A stretch of 64,000 bases of DNA from Macrostomum lignano (taxonomy: Eukaryota), in the NCBI GenBank assembly GCA_002269645.1, contig NIVC01002889.1:62001-126000 (forward strand). The letters run 5' to 3'. Both the position numbers and the translations under genes were made by a program. The first letter of the stretch is position 1; the number at the start of each line of letters is the position of its first letter. The notes under the pieces were generated by a model that saw only the letters and a list, made by a program, of their open reading frames with translations, did no database searches and was not told where the DNA came from. This document shows, one piece after another, positions 51,476 to 64,000 of this stretch.

Positions 51476-52213
51476 GAAAACAAAAAATCAAATCTGTTGA
51501 ACCGCAAACAAATGCATATAATAACAATATAATATTAAATTGACAGGTGCGACTACTCTAACTCGGTTATAATTACGATAATTAATTCTGCACGCAAATC
51601 AAATCTGATCTTTTTCTTACTTAAGCTATTTCTCGGATGGAATTCGGCCGAGAGACGAACAACAGTCGGATTAAAACGATCGGTAAAACATAACGATACG
51701 ACTGACACGGTACAGAGGATAGGGGGTGCAGATAGTGAAGAAGCTGAACGAGCTGAGCCAGCATTTCCTATCTCTCTAACTCCATCCATAGTTGCTGGGG
51801 GGACGCCTGCAGATGAATATTACGTAGGCTATCTCTCTTCCCCTCAGGTGTACAAAGCGCGCGCAAGCAGGCACACAGCACAGCTACATAAGCACAATAT
51901 GCACACATAGAATTGAATTAATACATAAAAATTACATCATACGATCGTAGAGTTAGCACATCACTGTATACACCAAAGTGCAAACAAACTATAGGAAATC
52001 TTCTGTTTAGAGAAACAAAATAGAGAATATTGATGAAATTTGAACAAAAATTAATATGACGGCGGAGGTGGCGAAGCTAAAACAGATCATCACAACAATT
52101 ACATATCGAATAATAATTGGGGATGGTGCGGTCCTAATGCTTTTGCTTGCGAAGATATATGGGTTGCTGTACTCGTAGTTCAATCTGCAAATTCTATTAG
52201 ACAGTCTAAATCC

Positions 52214-53222
52214 AATTCTCAGGGGTGATTGAGATGATTCTCAGGAGTGATTGAGATGATTCTCAGGGGTGATTGAGATGATTCTCAGGGGTGATTGAGA
52301 TGATTCTCAGGAGTGACTGAGATGATTCTCAGGGTGATTGAGATGATTCTCAGGGGTGATTGAGATGATTCTCAGGTGTGATTGAGATGATTCTCATGGG
52401 TGATTGAGATGATTCTCAGGGGTGATTGAGATGATTCTCAGGGGTGATTGAGATGATTCTCAGGAGTGATTGAGATGATTCTCAGGGTGATTGAGATGAT
52501 TCTCAGGGGTTATTGAGATAATTCTCAGGGGTGATTGAGATGATTTTTGGGGGTGATTGAGATGGTTCTCAGGGGTTATTGAGATGATTAGGGGTGATTG
52601 AGATGATTCTCAGGAGTGATTGAGATGATTCTCAGGGGTGATTGAGATGGTTCTCAGGAGTGATTGAGATGATTCTCAGGGGTGATTGAGATGATTCTCA
52701 GGAGTGATTGAGATGATTATCAGGGGTGATTAAGATGATTATCAGGGGTGATTGAGATGATTCTCAGTAGTGATTGAGATGATTCTCAGGGGTGATTGAG
52801 ATGATTCTCAGGAGTGATTGAGATGATTCTCAGGGTGATTGAGATGATTCTCAGGGGTTATTGAGATAATTCTCAGGGGTGATTGAGATGATTTTTGGGG
52901 GTGATTGAGATGGTTCTCAGGGGTTATTGAGATGATTAGGGGTGATTGAGATGATTCTCAGGAGTGATTGAGATGATTCTCAGGGGTGATTGAGATGGTT
53001 CTCAGGAGTGATTGAGATGATTCTCAGGGGTGATTGAGATGATTCTCAGGAGTGATTGAGATGATTATCAGGGGTGATTGAGATGATTATCAGGGGTGAT
53101 TGAGATGATTATCAGGGGTGATTGAGATGATTATCAGGAGTGATTGAGATGGTTATCAGGAGTGATTGAGATGATTATCAGGGGTGATTGAGATGATTCT
53201 CAGGAGTGATTGAGATGATTCT
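52214..53222. repeat. 22-bp minisatellite (attctcaggggtgattgagatg)
   Basis: Tandem copies. Confidence 0.97.
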
Positions 53223-53917
53223 GCCGACTGGCTAGGGAGGTTCTCAGGAGTGGTTCAGGAGATTCCCGAGGTGTCATGGCGTCAACCATAAATAACCAAA
53301 CTGCCAGGCCTCATAAAAATTGTTAATCTCCCTTGAAATCGCAAAACAAATGTGAAGAAGCGCACGTTCCACAGCAGAAAAGTTAGAAGGCTGGATCAAG
53401 CAAATACGTAGAGGTGAACTAAGAGTTGCAGTGCTAGGGCCAGTGAGGGGCAGGAAAACAACCGCAAAAGGATCAGAAATGAAAGTACAGGAGAGCCAAT
53501 ATATGCCGGAGAAATTGAGGACAGCCACTTACCAAAATAAGCACAACGGCAAGTAATAAAACAAAGCTTGAAAATGTACGGACAAAGACTTTGTGGTGCG
53601 AATTTGCGTTGCATCAAAAATGAAAAACCAGATTAACTTTAATTTGCTTTAATTTTCTTGAAAGATAAGCATCGTTGAACTTAGATCCGAGTCTGCTGCG
53701 GGTGCACGACGCTTAAAAGCATACGACTTACGAGCATATAGAAGAAACGGATGCACTGTGAACGGGCCGACTAAATTAAATAGCAAACAAACAATAGGTC
53801 TCTTGATTCGCTTTCAAATTTCCTGGCTAAGCTAAAAAATCACCTTGCATACACAGCACAGGATGACGGTCAAGGGCAGAGAATATAATATACAACAGCT
53901 ATAACCATCGGGGAGAA

Positions 53918-54280
53918 GGGGAGCTTGTGTGCAGGGAGCTTGTTTGCAGGGAGCTTGTGTGCAGGGGGCTTGTGTGCAGGGAGCTTGTATGCAGGGAGCT
54001 TGTGTGCAGGGGGCTTGTGTGCAGGGAGCTTGTGTGCGGCTTGTGTGCAGGGAGCTTGTATGCAGGGAGCTTGTGTGCAGGGAGCTTGTATGCAGGGAGC
54101 TTGTAAGCAGGGAGCTTGTATGCAGGGAGCTTTTATGCAGGGAGCTTGTATGCAGGGAGCTTGTGTGCAAAGAATATGTGGCAGGAACTTGTGTACAGGG
54201 AGCTTGTATGCAGGGAGCTTGTATGCAGGGAGCTTGTGTGCAGGGAGCTTGTGTGCAGGGAGCTTGTGTGCAGGGAGCTT
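53918..54280. repeat. 15-bp minisatellite (gcagggagcttgtgt)
   Basis: Tandem copies just 3' of the Akt stop. Confidence 0.95.
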
Positions 54281-54407
54281 TGGTGCATAGGCTTGCTATT
54301 GTTGCAGATTCGGTCCAATCCATACACAGTGGCGGCACACTGCGCGCCCTCTGTATTTCTATATTAAAATAAAATATACAACTCCGTTAGTGATCAGGTA
54401 GAGAGCC

Positions 54408-57400
54408 TCAGTGATCACCCATGCTAGTAGAGCTCATATAGGAGCTGAGCGAGGTGCGCGAGCCGTAGAAGCTGAACTTTTCAAAGTTCGGCCCGTCCGT
54501 TGGCCAACGAGTGCCGCTGGCGCTAACGGGGCCGGGCGCCGCAGGCGGGGTGAGCTGCACCGGCTCGCGCAGGAACTCGTCCGGTATGTACCTGGTGTCG
54601 CAGGCGTCGCGAACTTCCGGTTTCCACGGCGGTGGGATCTCCTTTTTAGTGAGCTTCACCCAGTCTATGCCGGCGAAGAACGGGTGCCGCATGACGTCTA
54701 CGGCGTCCAGGGTGGAGCCGCCGAGCCGCCTGGAGGGCTCTTTGATGAGCAGGCGGGCCAGGAAGTCCTGCGCCTGGCTGCTGAGATTGGCGGGAATTCT
54801 AACGCTGTCGTTCATGATTAGCTCGAATAGGATCTCGTGATCGCGCGAGTAGAAGGGCAGCCGGCCGCACATCATCTCGTAGGAGACGACGCCGAGGCCC
54901 CACCAGTCCACGCTGCGGCCGTAGTCATTCTCGTCTGCAGGAGGTTGACGCGCGGGAGTTAGTATCTCACCTGCTACTGGTGTGAGATCTAATTCGATTG
55001 GGGCTTGGGTGGGGTCTGAAGGAAGATCCGGGTTGACCTCTCGTACTCAGTAGGTAATACTCAAGATAATTGAGATCTTATATTTATAAGACTGCCTGAT
55101 CCTAGGTGAGATCTCATGGGAAGATGCAATCACCTGGGATGAGATCTCATGGAAGATGCAATGATCTGGGATGAGATCTCATGGGAAGTTGCAATGATCT
55201 GGGGTGAAATATCATGAGAGATGCAATGATCTGGTAAGATCTCATGAGAAGTTGCAATGATCTGAGGTAAGATCCCATGGGAGAAGCAATGATCTTGGGT
55301 GAAATTCTATGGGAGATACAGTAATCTGGGGTGAGATCCCATGGGAGATAAAATGATTTGGGGCGAGATCCTATGGGAGAAGCAATGATCCAGGGTGAGA
55401 TCTCATGGGGAGATGAAATAATCTGGGTGAGATCTCATGGGAGATAAAATGATCTGGGTGAGATCTAAGAGGGATATTGAATGATATAGAGAGACTTATA
55501 ATTCACCAATCTTAAAAGCCGCATGAAAGGTCCTAAGTTTGCAAATCTAAAACAGATCGCAGAGGACAATCACCGAGAATCTCCGGAGCCAGGTACTCAG
55601 GCGTGCCGCAGAAGGTTTTAGTCATAACGCCGTACTGCATTTCCTCCTTGCATAGGCCGAAATCGGCAATGCGAATGTGGCCCATCTCGTCTAGGAGAAG
55701 ATTCTCCAGCTTCAGATCTCTGTAGACAATGTTCATGTCGTGCAGGTAGCCAATAGCTGTGACAATCTCGGCTGCGTAGAAACGGGTTCGCTCCTCTGAG
55801 AATACGCGATCATGCAACAGGTGAAAGTACAGCTCGCCGCCGTTAACATACTCCATGACGAAGCAGAGCCGGTCCTCAGTTTGGAATGAATATTTTAGCT
55901 GGGTGAGGAACGGGTGCCGGCACGTCTGCAGGACTCGATTCTCCGTCATGGTGTGGATCACCTCGTCCTTCTGCAAGGCGGGTCCGGAGTGGAAAAGGGG
56001 TCGCGTATTGAGTACTTTAATATTAGACAGATAGGTCTCATGGGATGGAAATCATGTATATCAGTATGAGCTACAGATAGAACTCATGTACCTCAGTATG
56101 AGCTACAGATAGAACTCATGTACCTCAGTATGAGCTACAGATAAAACTCATGTGCCTCAGTATGAGCTACAGATAGAACTCATGTACCTCAGTATGAGCT
56201 ACAGATAGAACTCATGTACCTCAGTATGAGCTACAGATAAAACTCATGTACCTCAGTATGAGCTACAGATAAAACTCATGTACCTCAGTATGAGCTACAG
56301 ATAGAACTCATGTACCTCAGTATGAGCTACAGATAAAACTCATGTACCTCAGTATGAGCTACAGATAAAACTCATGTACCTCAGTATGAGCTACAGATAA
56401 AACTCATGTGCCTCAGTATGAGCTACAGATAGAACTCATGTACCTCAGTATGAGCTACAGATAGAACTCATGTACCTCAGTATGAGCTACAGATAGAACT
56501 CATGTGCCTCAGTATGAGCTACAGATAGAACTCATGTACCTCAGTATGAGCTACAGATAGAACTCATGTACCTCAGTATGAGCTACAGATAGAACTCATG
56601 TACCTCAGTATGAGCTACAGATAGAACTCATGTACCTCAGTATGAGCTACAGATAGAACTCATGTGCCTCAGTATGAGCTACAGATAGAACTCATGTACC
56701 TCAGTATGAGCTACAGATAGAACTCATGTACCTCAGTATGAGCTACAGATAAAACTCATGTACCTCAGTATGAGCTACAGATAAAACTCATGTACCTCAG
56801 TATGAGCTACAGATAAAACTCATGTACCTCAGTATGAGCTACAGATAGAACTCATGTACCTCAGTATGAGCTACAGATAGAACTCATGTACCTCAGTATG
56901 AGCTACAGATAGAACTCATGTACCTCAGTATGAGCTACAGATAGAACTCATGTACCTCAGTATGAGCTACAGATAGAACTCATGTACCTCAGTATGAGCT
57001 ACAGATAGAACTCATGTACCTCAGTATGAGCTACAGATAGAACTCATGTACCTCAGTATGAGCTACAGATAGAACTCATGTACCTCAGTATGAGCTACAG
57101 ATAGAACTCATGTACCTCAGTATGAGCTACAGATAGAACTCATGTACCTCAGTATGAGCTACAGATAGAACTCATGTACCTCAGTATGAGCTACAGATAG
57201 AACTCATGTACCTCAGTATGAGCTACAGATAGAACTCATGTACCTCAGTATGAGCTACAGATAGAACTCATGTACCTCAGTATGAGCTACAGATAGAACT
57301 CATGTACCTCAGTATGAGCTACAGATAGAACTCATGTACCTCAGTATGAGCTACAGATAGAACTCATGTACCTCAGTATGAGCTACAGATAGAACTCATG

Positions 57401-60305
57401 TACCTCAGTATGAGCTACAGATAGAACTCATGTACCTCAGTATGAGCTACAGATAGAACTCATGTACCTCAGTATGAGCTACAGATAGAACTCATGTACC
57501 TCAGTATGAGCTACAGATAGAACTCATGTACCTCAGTATGAGCTACAGATAGAACTCATGTACCTCAGTATGAGCTACAGATAGAACTCATGTACCTCAG
57601 TATGAGCTACAGATAGAACTCATGTACCTCAGTATGAGCTACAGATAGAACTCATGTACCTCAGTATGAGCTACAGATAGAACTCATGTACCTCAGTATG
57701 AGCTACAGATAGAACTCATGTACCTCAGTATGAGCTACAGATAGAACTCATGTACCTCAGTATGAGCTACAGATAGAACTCATGTACCTCAGTATGAGCT
57801 ACAAATAGAACTTCAGGGATACATAATGTACTTTTAACGCTTTGCAACAAGCCATTTTGCTCAGAAATTCTGCTCATTTGTTGCACATTACAGCTTGAGA
57901 GCTTGCATTATTCTACATAAACGCGTCTCTCAAAACTGATCCATGGAAATGATAAAAATGGCATTGCCACCAGCACAGGCCAGCAGATTCGCATTACAAT
58001 GTGCGCACACAATACAATAAAACAACTCATCTTGGATGATTGTACATTCTTTGTCATCATCTGTAGCGCCTGCATCCGGGTTGCTTTCAATCTCCCTCAC
58101 TCCCCTCCACTCTATCCTCTGCCCAAGTCACGTGTGGCGTACAATGCGCCTCTGGACAATGCCTGTCGTTTAGTAAGCTTTGTTTCAATCCATGGAATCC
58201 ACCCATTAGTCTAAAAGTCTTGCTGTTTTATTTTCCAGGAAATTCAGATTCCGCAAAGTTTATCAAATGCGCTAAATTTAACGTTTACAAATATTCAAAT
58301 TCTCATTTGAATGGAATTTTCTCATCTAATTTTCTATTACCCAATTTCTTAAAACTCAGATTCTATGAACTTGTTTAGAATCTCAGAGATTGACTCCAGA
58401 ATCTCTAAAGTTCAGAATTCCTGAAGTTCAGACTCCCACAAGTTAAGAATTCCTGAAGTTCAGAATCTCTACAGTTCAGAATACCTGGAGTTCAGAATCT
58501 CTACAGTTCAGAATCCCTGAAGTTCAGAATCCCTGAAGTTCAGAATCCCTAAAGTTCAGAATCCCTGAAGTTCAGAATCCCTGAAGTTCAGAATCCCTGA
58601 AGTTCAGAATCCCTAAAGTTCAGAATCCCTGAAGTTCAGAATCCCTGAAGTTCAGAATCCCTAAAGTTCAGAATCCCTGAAGTTCAGAATCCTTGAAGTT
58701 CAGAATCCCTGAAGTTCAGAATCCCTGAAGTTCAGAATCCCTGAAGTTCAGAATCCCTGAAGTTCAGAATCCCTAAAGTTCAGAATCCCTGAAGTTCAGA
58801 ATCCCTGAAGTTCAGAATCCCTAAAGTTCAGAATCCCTGAAGTTCAGAATCCCTAAAGTTCAGAATTCCTGAAGTTCAGACTCCCACAAGTTAAGAATTC
58901 CTGAAGTTCAGAATCTCTACAGTTCAGAATACCTGGAGTTCAGAATCCCTAAAGTTCAGAATCCCTGAAGTTCAGAATCCTTGAAGTTCAGAATCCCTGA
59001 AGTTCAGAATCCCTAAAGTTCAGAATCCCTGAAATTCAGACTCCCACAAGTTAAGAATTCCTGAAGTTCAGAATCTCTAAAGTTCAGAATCCCTGAAGTT
59101 CAGAATCCCTAAATTTCAGAATCCCTGAAGTTCATAGAGCAATTGTTCTATACAATTAGATTCACTGAAAAGTACATAATAAAGACAATAAGCGGCACCA
59201 ACCTCGATCAGCACACTTTTCTTCAGAATCTTGATGGCGAACAAATTGCTTGACGCCTTCTCCCGGCACAGCACCACCTTGCCGAAGGTGCCCATGCCCA
59301 GCACCTTCAGCATCTCGAAGTCCGACAGGCTAACCTTGTTCCTGGGTCTGCGCGAAATTCAACGGAAAGTGTAATGTAAAATTCAATGCAATTATAGAAT
59401 CTCTATAAACCTTTTGCCATAAAATTTTATCATAAAATTAATGCAACTAAAAATTCTCACAAGTTCATATCTAACAATGCCTTTATTAATAACTTGCTGA
59501 CTCCCTCACAGCAAACTCCCTCACTGCAAGCTCCCTCACTGCATCTAGCTGACTCCCTCACTGCAAACTCCCTCACTGGCTATCTAGCAGCCCCAATCTA
59601 CACGGGAACTCACAGTTCTGGCGGCTCCACAGCATCTGACGCGGTGCTAACAGTGGCCGGACACTCTCCAGACGACTTGTGCATATTAGTGACATTAACA
59701 ATTGCGTTCACCCAGGCCTCGCGCTCGGCGTTAGTCTCAACGTAAAACATTCGATCAACAATATTGGTGCCCTGCAGGCCTCGAAGCAGAAATGTGAATG
59801 GCTTTGGCGTATCCATGAACAGAGCTTTGGAATTTTTAACAGTGAAATTGTTCAGCGGCTGTAGGTACTCTTTCTGAGTCTTTGGCTTCACTTTATAGCC
59901 AAAGAATGTGCCATCCTGGTACAGTATGAAGTAGCGACGCCGCCAGTTTTTAATGTGCTCGCCGCGTTTCATGAGGTAGCCTTCCTTAATTAGCGACTTG
60001 GAGATTGGAATGCGACTAGGCAGCGGCTCGTGCGGCATGCTGCAGGCCTGGCTAGGGGCTTCGTGAAACAGCTGCATGTGCTGGTTCATGTAGTTCAGGC
60101 TGGGCACTTCGTTTGGCGGCGGCCTCTGACCGCCGAAGTACTGCGACACCAATGTCGACACCGAGTCCATTGGAGAGCAGTTCGCCTGCTCACCGCCGGG
60201 AGGAAGGTGCAGCTGCTGCTGGGCGGCTGACGACTGCGGCGATTCGCCACAGTCAGGATTTTCAATTTCCATATCCATATCGCCGTCTTCGTTGCGCTGT
60301 TCCAT
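54408..60305 (-). CDS. AKT: Akt/PKB Ser/Thr kinase; exons 60305-59614, 59347-59203, 55970-55574, 54934-54408
   Basis: PH domain [20 protein letters not shown]...PKPFTF; LGMGTFGKV; AIKILKK; [12 protein letters not shown]; DFGLCKE; activation loop [14 protein letters not shown]; [14 protein letters not shown]; turn motif LTPP; hydrophobic motif FEKFSF. Phases 2/0/1 are consistent. Confidence 0.96.
55110..55475. repeat. Degenerate ~30-bp repeat (gagatctcatgggagatgcaatgatctgg)
   Basis: Imperfect tandem copies in the last Akt intron. Confidence 0.8.
56052..57812. repeat. 32-bp minisatellite (tacctcagtatgagctacagatagaactcatg), ~55 units, intronic
   Basis: Near-perfect tandem array without spacers. 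Confidence 0.98.
58395..59135. repeat. 16-bp minisatellite (gttcagaatccctgaa), intronic
   Basis: Tandem copies; the unit is a ttcag/ctgaa inverted repeat. Confidence 0.95.
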
Positions 60306-60349
60306 GCATGCAGTTACACGGCGCTTTAGTCGATTAGTAGAAGGGCTAA

Positions 60350-60410
60350 GCCCCAAGGCAGACACAGTGTGTGTACATCAGGGCCCGCTGTACATCTTGC
60401 GTGAGCATTC
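60350..60410 (+). mobile_element. Short tRNA-SINE family fragment immediately upstream of the Akt start codon
   Basis: ccccaaggcagacacagtgtgtgtacatcagggcccgctgtacatcttgcgtgagc resembles the body at 23897-23975. Confidence 0.55.
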
Positions 60411-61789
60411 CTCAGGAAAAAAACTCACAACGCTTAAGTATCAGTTTTCATACAACCTGAAGCTGCATTACCCAACCCAACTCTACCTACAGCTGAAGTA
60501 CTTTGCTCTGCTACAGGCATAGCTTTGATGTATTGTATTTTCTAATCTATCTAATATATTTAATTTTAAACGCTTAAGAAAAACATTTCAAATAGTAACT
60601 CAGAGCAACTGTCACCTTAGCGCGTGCTTATAAAATATACTAATATTACCCAATATAGAAGCCTAGAAATGGTAACTCACTGTCAGGCTTGAATATTTAA
60701 TTTCGAGCAAAAACTACTCGGATTTGTTGACTGCCAGTCATCACGCGCCTTCGCCTGATAAAAAGCTTCCCCCTCAAGCCCTGACCTCTTCTTAGCTTTC
60801 TTATCAAATCGGTGCAGCGCACCAATGCACAGCTAGTGCAAGCCTATGAAGGCATCGCACTCGCTGCAATAACAATCCTAACTTTACAAGCTAAGGACAT
60901 TGTACCCTATGAAAGGCAGCGAAAAAAGGTAAACACAAACACAAAAGTTTGCTCTAGTTTTCCCGCAGACTGACTCGGCATTAGCCGCTAAAAAGGAAGT
61001 CGGACGGCGAGCTGACACAGCGATACAGTGTAGAGTTATCGAAGCCCTAGGCAGCATCCCCCCTAGCTTGCTGGCTAAAGAAGAGGAAATGAAAAGGAGG
61101 CAAGCAGCAGAGGCCAGTGACGCAAATAGAAACCTTTTTGAATGAAACCCTAACAAGGAAGCCGGGCCGGGAGCAGCGGAGTAGCAAAACGCGAGCTAGA
61201 GAGAGAAAGAAGGCAGAGCGGCGGATTCAAGTAGCACAGATTGAAGGAAGACAGATATATTAATAACGGTTTGCCTATGCAATACAGCCCACAACAGTAA
61301 TAGCAATTATAAGGTAAAAACTAATGACAGGGAAGAACGTACTGATGGAGGGCCGCGGAAAATCCTAATGTTCATAATTAATGCAAAGCGTTTAGATTAA
61401 TATTTTTAAGCCCTAAGTCTCGCTCGCAGTTTAATGAATACAGAAACTACATATGCAGATAGGGGTTTCTGAGTTCACAGCGAAGTGTAAACACAAGTGA
61501 TTACCCAAGCACCACTGACTGACTGGGTTAAAGCACGAAAACACCTAGGCTAAGAGATTGCAAACTAAGAAAGGTCCCGCACGTGACAGCTTGACTGAGC
61601 GCATAAGCAGAAACTGCTATGCTTTGACCTTCAAAGCACATCGTTACATAATGAAGTCGTAACTGAAGCCTCAATCGATTTTCATGATTTAGCAGGCCAC
61701 AGGTAACAAATAGCAGGTAAAGGCACCAAAGTAACAATATACTGACGCATTAACAAAACGGATTTTTTCACACAAACACAACTAAAACT

Positions 61790-62245
61790 TACTGCCTGAA
61801 TTCCGCACAAACACGAACTAAAACTGCCTCAATTCCGCACAAACACGAACTAAAACTGCCTCAATTCCGCACAAATACGAACTAAAACTGCCTCAATTCC
61901 GCACAAACACGAACTAAAACTGCCTCAATTCCGCACAAACACGAACTAAACCTGCCTCAATTCCGCACAAACACGAACTAAAGCTGCCTCAATTCCGCAC
62001 AAACACGAACTAAAGCTGCCTCAATTCCGCACAAACACGAACTAAAACTGCCTCAATTCCGCACAAACACGAACTAAACCTGCCTCAATTCCGCACAAAC
62101 ACGAACTAAACCTGCCTCAATTCCGCACAAACACGAACTAAAACTGCCTCAATTCCGCACAAACACGAACTAAACCTGCCTCAATTCCGCACAAACACGA
62201 ACTAAAACTGACTGAATTCCACACAAACACGAACTAAAACTGCCT
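61790..62245. repeat. 32-bp minisatellite (aattccgcacaaacacgaactaaaactgcctc)
   Basis: Tandem copies. Confidence 0.96.
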
Positions 62246-64000
62246 AGATTCTGCCCAGTTCGCACACAATATCAGTCTATAAATTCTAGTAAAAAATTTT
62301 ACGTCAATAAGGACATTGTCACAACTCACATACTGACTATTGCAGGAAAGAGACGCGTCAGACAAAATTAGATGTAGCTATACTTGATGAATACACAGAC
62401 AGACACGATATAATCCAAATCCAGCGGGGTGAATTCCGCGGGATTAAGCACGGGGAACACACATATATAGGCATATACGGGAGATGGAAACCGTATAAAA
62501 CGGCACAAGGGAGGGGGGATTGACAGTTCTAAGCATGGCTTTATGCAGAAATCCCAACAGCCAATGAGAATGAAAGGACACTTTGACATTAAATTCAAAC
62601 TACTAGACTGGCTGATGTTTGAGCAGGCTGGGTGAGACAGAGTTCAGCCAGATGGATTTAGATGAGGAGAAAGCGAAAAAGAAAAGTAAAACTCTTCTCG
62701 TGCCCGCGCGCTGCAGCCGGGGTCAGAGAAATCCCGAACAGCGCGGCGCCGCACTTTCTTGCCTCCTCCCGAAAGAACAAGCTCGTTGGCCAATGAGCGA
62801 TCAGGTGATTAGCTGTGATTAGCAGAATCTGAATTCTGAGCATTCCGAGACTTGACTAGCCTCCTGTTTGCGTGCGAGTTGAGCACAACGAATGCAAAAC
62901 CATCCGACCCTTCTCCCCAGAAGGAACAAGCTTAGCCGGCCTAAGTTGATTTACACTAGGCTCAGTGGAGATGAAGCCAGCTGAGCTCACTTCAGTAACA
63001 GAGGCTGAGCATTGTAATCAAAGCCGAAATAATTTTGCAGATTTCAATAAGAGCAAGCTCTAATGATTCTGCAATGCAGAAACAGAAGAACCATGGCATA
63101 CATGGGGGCACTCCATCGAATTGAGATAAATTTACCTTTCATATTATTTTATATTTGATAATGGATTAAACCATACTTTAAACTTTGGCATCCTGAATTC
63201 CTACCCAGATGCCTAATTGAAACTCTGTTTTTCCAAGCTGTGAACAGAGTCCACACACTCTGCAACTTTCATGGGTCAGAGAGGCTTAGGTAGAGAAGTG
63301 TGAAAAGTAGATATTCCAGCCATTTTCAATTGGGCATCCTGAATTAAGACCTAGGATGCCAAATAGAACTACAATTCTAATATCAAAAAACATAACAGAT
63401 AAAAAACAATACTAATACTCACTACAATCTAATTTTTCTTTGAAAGAAAGAGCAAAAAGCTCATCTAAATCATAAAAATATTGTCAACCTAATTTGATAT
63501 CAAATGCCCCAAGCCTTGGCTTTAAGTTAAGACTCCTCTGTTTGCTTTTTTTCAATAATCCAATGTGATAAGAAAACTGATGAATAAAGGGCAAAATATG
63601 AGTATATTATATATTTTTGCCTTTAACATCCCTTCTTAAATTCATTTAAATTGTATTAATCAAGTATACTTTTACTTTTTATATATAACTGATAATATTC
63701 TTAGAGTAAAATCATACAGGGTATAAATTAAATAGAAAGCCAAAAAGAGACAGAGCAGCCAGTTTCTTTATTGAGTTTAATAACTAATACTATTTCTTCT
63801 TTAACTAATTAAATTTACTTTGAACCTTTTGGCAGTCTTTAAAATAGACTCATTTCCTTAGATTGAGAAAAGTCCAAGCATTAATAGAATTAGTAGCCAT
63901 TTAGAAAAAGAAATATCCTAGCCTATTAATCTAAAGAAATTGTTTCAAGCAATACAAACCTCTTAGAACTATGACACTCTGATCTTAGGAATGCCCAAAG

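Noticed and set aside
56052-57812. 32-bp partly palindromic repeat array resembling CRISPR repeats
   Set aside because: Units are directly head-to-tail with no unique spacers, there are no cas genes, and it lies in a eukaryotic intron.

Overview
Eukaryotic (animal) genomic DNA. GC-rich, often intron-poor coding exons sit in AT-rich spacers packed with micro- and minisatellites; this style and gene set fit a free-living flatworm such as Macrostomum (inference). There is no prokaryotic, CRISPR or phage content. Genes reconstructed by hand from splice signals and reading phase: AGGF1-like FHA/G-patch (5'-partial), an intronless DEG/ENaC channel, a small Cys-rich membrane protein, an orphan multi-exon gene, a highly divergent opsin, a group III secreted phospholipase A2 mostly missed by the ORF track, a secreted C-type-lectin/PAN-like protein, a non-alpha nicotinic receptor subunit, myo-inositol oxygenase, a cytosolic sulfotransferase, a FAX/metaxin-GST protein, a NOX5-like oxidase and Akt/PKB. 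Also present: a multi-copy tRNA-derived SINE, a CORE-type SINE, two MITEs and about 20 tandem-repeat arrays, most of them intronic. The most notable observations are: (1) an opsin that keeps Lys296 but lacks E113/E181, DRY and NPxxY, with both introns remodelled by repeats, one of which copies the splice donor seven times; (2) a NOX5-type oxidase lacking both the EF-hands and their docking segment; (3) an intron made almost entirely of (TAC)n; (4) frequent GTT(C/G)G donor sites. All family assignments come from motif recognition, not database searches.
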